Part shown: in pieces, positions 7,834-11,388 of the stretch
Numbering within the stretch: position 1 is the first letter of the stretch
Layout: every line of letters starts with the position of its first letter
NCBI GenBank assembly: GCA_045863855.1
Contig: BTVV01000167.1
Location: forward strand, 1 to 11,388
From: Planctomycetota bacterium
GTDB lineage: Bacteria; Planctomycetota; SZUA-567; H5-PLA8
DNA length: 11,388 bases
Reading direction: 5' to 3'
Program-made: the position numbers and the translations under genes
The notes under the pieces: model-generated
What the model was told of the DNA's origin: nothing
The model's input: only the letters and a program-made list of their open reading frames with translations
Database searches by the model: none

Positions 7834-9381
7834 ATGGCCATTTCAATAACAAAGTCCGATCAAGGAACTGTTCAGATGTCTGATTTACCCGAAACTATCG
7901 GCGACACGAACGCCCTCCTGCGGCGTGAGATGATCGACCGGATCGTCGGGAGCCTCCAGATTGTCGCGGACACCGAGGTCCGGTGCACAGCTACGGACCT
8001 AAGTCCGCAGACGGAGCAACGTATCCTGCGAGTTGGTCCCGAAGTGTTTGCGACGGAGTTGGTCGAGCGGCTCTTTCGGCCCGGCTGGAAGCCGGAGCCA
8101 TGCGGGTTGGCAACGATCCCAAAATCCAAGGGCGGCCATAGGATCCTCACTCCGCCGTGGGATCAGGATCGCCTCTGGCAGTGGGCGCTGTACAACTTCA
8201 TCTACCCCAAGATCGAGCCGTTCCTGCATGCGTGTTGCTACGGGTTTGTCCGGGGTCGTTCGAATAATGATGCCGTCCGGGCGCTGGAGGATGCGATCCG
8301 TGAGCAGCCTTACGGCGTACTGATGCTGGCGGATGTGCGCCGTTGTTTCGCCAGCTTGCCCGTGGACGGCCTGCTGCGCTGCCTCTGGCCGGTCGTCAAT
8401 GACCCGATGGCGATGCTCTGGATCGAAGCCGCATTCCGGTCCAGGCCGCGCCATCCCCGGATCCGTGAGGTTCGTCGCGGGTTGGTCCTATCCGGCCAAG
8501 CTACGCCGGCAGACCTGGCGTACCTTGAAGCACTGCACCAAACTCGGCGCGGGATCCCGGAGGGCTCGGCGCTGTCGGCTGTCGCCTGCGTTCTGTACCT
8601 TCGGCCCCTGGTAGACTCGCTCGTCGCAGCGCTACCCGGGGCCACCGTCGTTCATTACGGCGACAACCTCGCCCTCTGGCTCCGGCCGGGCCAGGAGCGA
8701 ATCGCCGAATCCGTACTGCAGTCCGAATCGAAATCGTTAACCGTTAGAGTCGAGATCGAAACCGTGCTCGTCCCACCGTGTCACAGATCCGCACAATTCT
8801 TGGGAATCGAATTCGTTTGGTCGCAACACGAAATCCGTCTAATCGCGCCCGACAAAGTCATCGCCTGGATAATCGAAACCGTTAAGAGTCGAAAGTCGAA
8901 GCCGGAGTGGAACGTGGTCAAATGGTTCGTTAAATGGGTCTGGCCGAAACTCTACTACTATCGGGATACCGACCTAGGGCTGATCCGACGTACTCTGTGG
9001 GACGCCACGGAGGATTGGGCAACCATAGATAGGTACGCCGTGCGCGGACATTTCGCCACGCGATGGCTCGACACGGATGCGCGGTGGGACCGATACCTCA
9101 GTAGAGAGGTGCTAGAGGCTGACAAATTCGATTGGATTCGTCACTCACCCATCGGTCCTGAATCGTGGCACGAGACCGTAGCAGATAATCGAATCCGTAA
9201 GAGAGTCGAGTTCGAACAGATGATGGACAGGTTGTACGTGCACAGCATGTTCTGTATTGCACAGGGATCGCTCGCACAGAGCGACTCTGGTCTGGGGGGT
9301 AGCGATAGAGGTGGACTGGACGCGCTGCTGGGGCAGGCGCCTAGCTCGCTCCCGCTCGCTACGCCTGCCCCCAGCGCGTAA
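7834..9381 (+). CDS. Group II-like reverse transcriptase with non-canonical catalytic motifs (YGDN)
   Basis: RT1 IPKSKGGHRIL; RT2 DRLWQ; RT2a CYGFVRGRS; RT3 ADVRRCFASL; RT4 GIPEGSALS...LYL; RT5 HYGDN (YGDN codons at 8656-8667); RT7 FLGIEF; thumb-like region ending ...KLYYYR. Alternative start ATG 7876 with SD AAGGA. Confidence 0.88.
   Translation: MAISITKSDQGTVQMSDLPETIGDTNALLRREMIDRIVGSLQIVADTEVRCTATDLSPQTEQRILRVGPEVFATELVERLFRPGWKPEPCGLATIPKSKGGHRILTPPWDQDRLWQWALYNFIYPKIEPFLHACCYGFVRGRSNNDAVRALEDAIREQPYGVLMLADVRRCFASLPVDGLLRCLWPVVNDPMAMLWIEAAFRSRPRHPRIREVRRGLVLSGQATPADLAYLEALHQTRRGIPEGSALSAVACVLYLRPLVDSLVAALPGATVVHYGDNLALWLRPGQERIAESVLQSESKSLTVRVEIETVLVPPCHRSAQFLGIEFVWSQHEIRLIAPDKVIAWIIETVKSRKSKPEWNVVKWFVKWVWPKLYYYRDTDLGLIRRTLWDATEDWATIDRYAVRGHFATRWLDTDARWDRYLSREVLEADKFDWIRHSPIGPESWHETVADNRIRKRVEFEQMMDRLYVHSMFCIAQGSLAQSDSGLGGSDRGGLDALLGQAPSSLPLATPAPSA
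8704..9209 (+). repeat. Dispersed 11-bp direct repeats ATCGAAWYCGT within the RT 3' half
   Basis: Copies at 8727 (ATCGAAATCGT), 8755 (ATCGAAACCGT), 8806 (ATCGAATTCGT), 8872 (ATCGAAACCGT) and 9188 (ATCGAATCCGT), plus a partial copy at 8704. They fall in all three codon phases. Confidence 0.6.
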
Positions 9382-9421
9382 CCGTGGGGACGGGCCGGCC
9401 AGTACGGCGGCCCGTCCCACG
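9320..9421. other. Tandem GC-rich hairpins at the RT/helicase junction
   Basis: Hairpin 1: ACGCGCTG/CAGCGCGT plus GGGGCAGGCG/CGCCTGCCCC (9320-9379). Hairpin 2: CGTGGGGACGGGCCG/CGGCCCGTCCCACG (9383-9421), 14 bp with one bulge. Confidence 0.7.
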
Positions 9422-9453
9422 CTATTTCACTCATGCTAGGAGGGAGAGTTGCC

Positions 9454-10959
9454 ATGATCCCTGTGCGCCTAATTCACTCCGCTGTCCAGGACCGCCGGTT
9501 GACCTATGCGCTTATAAAGGGACGCGATTGGCCGTCGGTCGTCATAGGCAACGACCTAAACCGGGTCAATTACCTCGCTTCGGTGCTCAACGCCAGAGAT
9601 GCCATCCATCAGGATTGGCGTGCAATCAGCCTACGAGATGTGCCGAAACTCAAAGACACCGGAAAGGTCATAGGCCGCGAGGACTATTCCAGCCTGATTT
9701 CACTAAATCGAAAGACCCTGGTATGGAACTTGAAGCGCGCTGGCGCAACGGTAGGCCATGTTCCCAAGGCTGCGGCCTTCGTCGAAGTGCGACTATTAGG
9801 TGGCCGCGATTCCCACGAAAACAGAACCTCGATGGAGTGGGTCCACTGGAAGACAGAACAGACTCTTCAAGAACTGGGGATCCAATTCGTTGACGATCCC
9901 GACTACCTGTTTAACTCGCAAAACCTGCCGAGTCTAAAATCCAACACTGGAAATTATCAGTTGGTCGGGGTCGTATCATCCCCGCTGTCACGAGGCGAGG
10001 CCGCCACGCTCGCCGCGTACCTGGGTCATGAGGACTATACGGCGCCGCAGCGCGAGGTAACCGTGGTCGTGGAAGACCACTCGGCATGGCGCGAATTCGT
10101 GGACCTGTACGGCAAGAGTTTCCAAATTAGCGAGGAGGATCTGGCCAGCCACGGCAACGAGTGGCCGCGAACCACCGAACGGGTCCGGTTGGGCCGTGTC
10201 TCCTGGGAGCAGGGGCGCTGGATCAAGCACATGCGGCGGATCAAGAACCTGCTGATCCAGACGATCCGGGATGGCGGAAAGGCTGGAGATCTTCGCATCG
10301 TGACCGATACGGTCGATCGTGCCTATTATTTACGAACTGAACTCCATGCCATGGGTCTGCCGATCCAATGCTCCATGAGCGAACTGCTGCCGGCGAACCC
10401 GATTGCGCTAGACCTGATGTCCTTAGTGACCTTAGTCCGTAATCGGGAGCATATTCAATCGATCTGCCGCCTGGCGCTCCATTTGCCCAGCGAACCCGGG
10501 CTAGATGCATTGCGCGACTATTTTCGATCCAGCCCGTACGATAACGCCTTAAATCCCTATCAAGCGAATAAGCGCGCATTCGCCGCCCTGGAAGCCTGGC
10601 GCGAGATGGCAATGCAACCGGCTAGATCCCCTACTCAGATCCTGCAGCAGGCCGGGGAATGCTTGGCAGTGTGGCCAACACAGACACTCCAGGTCAGCGC
10701 TGAAATTCAACAGGCCCTCATGCATTGGTCACGCCAGTTCGAATCAACGGATGACATGATCAATGCATTTTGGCGACTTCGGGTGCTCATCAGCCCGTGG
10801 TCTGGCTACAAGCCCGAATCCGGCATCCGAGTCACAACCACGGTTCCGCCCGCTTGTCGCGACATCGTGGTTATGCTGAGCGCATTCACGCCCGAGAGGC
10901 ACCCTATTCAATTTGCAGGAGAGACTCCGGACGTTTATCACGCCATCGTTCAGGAGTAG
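9454..10959 (+). CDS. Degenerate, probably ATPase-dead UvrD/PcrA-like SF1 helicase-fold protein
   Basis: SD GGAGGGAG before ATG 9454. The segment IRDGGKAGDLRIVTDTVDRAYYLRTELHAMGLPIQ...NPIALDLMSLVTLVRN...RLALHLPSEPGL resembles the UvrD 2A/2B junction. No GxGKT Walker A. QFVDDPD, QLVGVV and SGIRVTT sit where motifs II, III and V are expected. Confidence 0.65.
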   Translation: MIPVRLIHSAVQDRRLTYALIKGRDWPSVVIGNDLNRVNYLASVLNARDAIHQDWRAISLRDVPKLKDTGKVIGREDYSSLISLNRKTLVWNLKRAGATVGHVPKAAAFVEVRLLGGRDSHENRTSMEWVHWKTEQTLQELGIQFVDDPDYLFNSQNLPSLKSNTGNYQLVGVVSSPLSRGEAATLAAYLGHEDYTAPQREVTVVVEDHSAWREFVDLYGKSFQISEEDLASHGNEWPRTTERVRLGRVSWEQGRWIKHMRRIKNLLIQTIRDGGKAGDLRIVTDTVDRAYYLRTELHAMGLPIQCSMSELLPANPIALDLMSLVTLVRNREHIQSICRLALHLPSEPGLDALRDYFRSSPYDNALNPYQANKRAFAALEAWREMAMQPARSPTQILQQAGECLAVWPTQTLQVSAEIQQALMHWSRQFESTDDMINAFWRLRVLISPWSGYKPESGIRVTTTVPPACRDIVVMLSAFTPERHPIQFAGETPDVYHAIVQE

Positions 10960-11105
10960 GCGGATCATATCGGCTTCAGTACCTACGGCACGTCGTGACG
11001 GTGGAATTTCTACGCTTATCCCTCTCGTGGACTTGGGTTGTCCCCTAAGCATCATTCATTTCGATAAGCCGGCTTGATAAGGTAGTCAGTTCAGGAGAAG
11101 GCGCT

Positions 11106-11387
11106 TCAGTCTGCCCCCGAATGCACCGGGATTTCCTCGACGATCTTTCCCGGCCGCTTACCCCCTTCCCTGGCGACGATCTCCACCTCGCACCCCAGGT
11201 CGGCGACGAAGCGCATGAGCCGGTAGACCGAAAAGCCCCTGAAGCGGCCCCTGAGCAGAGCGGAGACCTTGGGCTGGTCAATGCCCAGCGCCTTAGCGGC
11301 TTCCCCTTGGTTGAGTTTCCGCCGGGCGATTATTTTGGCGATCCGGTTGGCCAGCTTCGCCTTGGTCTGGTGCTCCTCCGCGTCGGC
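11106..11387 (-). CDS. XRE-family (HTH_37, HigA-like) antitoxin or regulator, 5'-partial
   Basis: Absent from the ORF track because the start lies outside the window. The minus frame reads ADAEEHQTKAKLANRIAKIIARRKLNQGEAAKALGIDQPKVSALLRGRFRGFSVYRLMRFVADLGCEVEIV...HSGAD*. Confidence 0.88.
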   Translation of the reverse strand, partial: ADAEEHQTKAKLANRIAKIIARRKLNQGEAAKALGIDQPKVSALLRGRFRGFSVYRLMRFVADLGCEVEIVAREGGKRPGKIVEEIPVHSGAD

Positions 11388-11388
11388 G

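Noticed and set aside
7029..7841. 270-aa minus-strand ORF
   Set aside because: Antisense shadow of the SD-supported plus-strand operon genes.
8704..9209. CRISPR array or RT-Cas1 locus
   Set aside because: The repeats are only 11 bp, irregularly spaced and inside a CDS. No cas genes are in the window.
6590..9381. Retron or DGR
   Set aside because: The RT lacks the retron NAxxH and VTG signatures and the DGR-type GNxxSQ motif. No TR/VR pair differing at adenines and no avd-like gene were seen. The 8-bp CTGCTTTT/AAAAGCAG inverted repeat (6591-6598/6746-6753) is too short and too far from the RT to call a1/a2.
7834..9450. Intact group II intron
   Set aside because: No domain V (catalytic triad with GNRA-capped stem) or domain VI end found downstream of the ORF. 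The RT sits 9 nt from an upstream gene, leaving no room for domains I-III, and it lacks YADD.

Overview
An accessory or mobile-island-like region from a GC-rich bacterium; an attC-like motif hints at Planctomycetota (inference). From left to right it holds: an IRG/IIGP-like GTPase whose 3' end runs into an attC-like remnant; a single-pass membrane coiled-coil protein; a divergent XRE regulator; a complete IS630 element whose transposase has one nonsense codon; two overlapping minus-strand hypothetical genes; a hairpin-rich intergenic region; and a plus-strand hypothetical gene. Next comes a four-gene plus-strand operon: small HTH protein, DUF1016_N/YhcG-N-like protein, group II-like reverse transcriptase with altered catalytic motifs (YGDN, PEG), and a full-length UvrD-like helicase with degenerate motifs. 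The window ends in a partial XRE/HigA-like antitoxin. The RT operon is the most unusual part and matches no RT system I recognise. It has a structured leader with an anti-SD loop, five frame-independent ATCGAAWYCGT repeats inside the RT gene, and two strong hairpins at the RT/helicase junction. All family assignments come from motif recognition by eye, not database searches.
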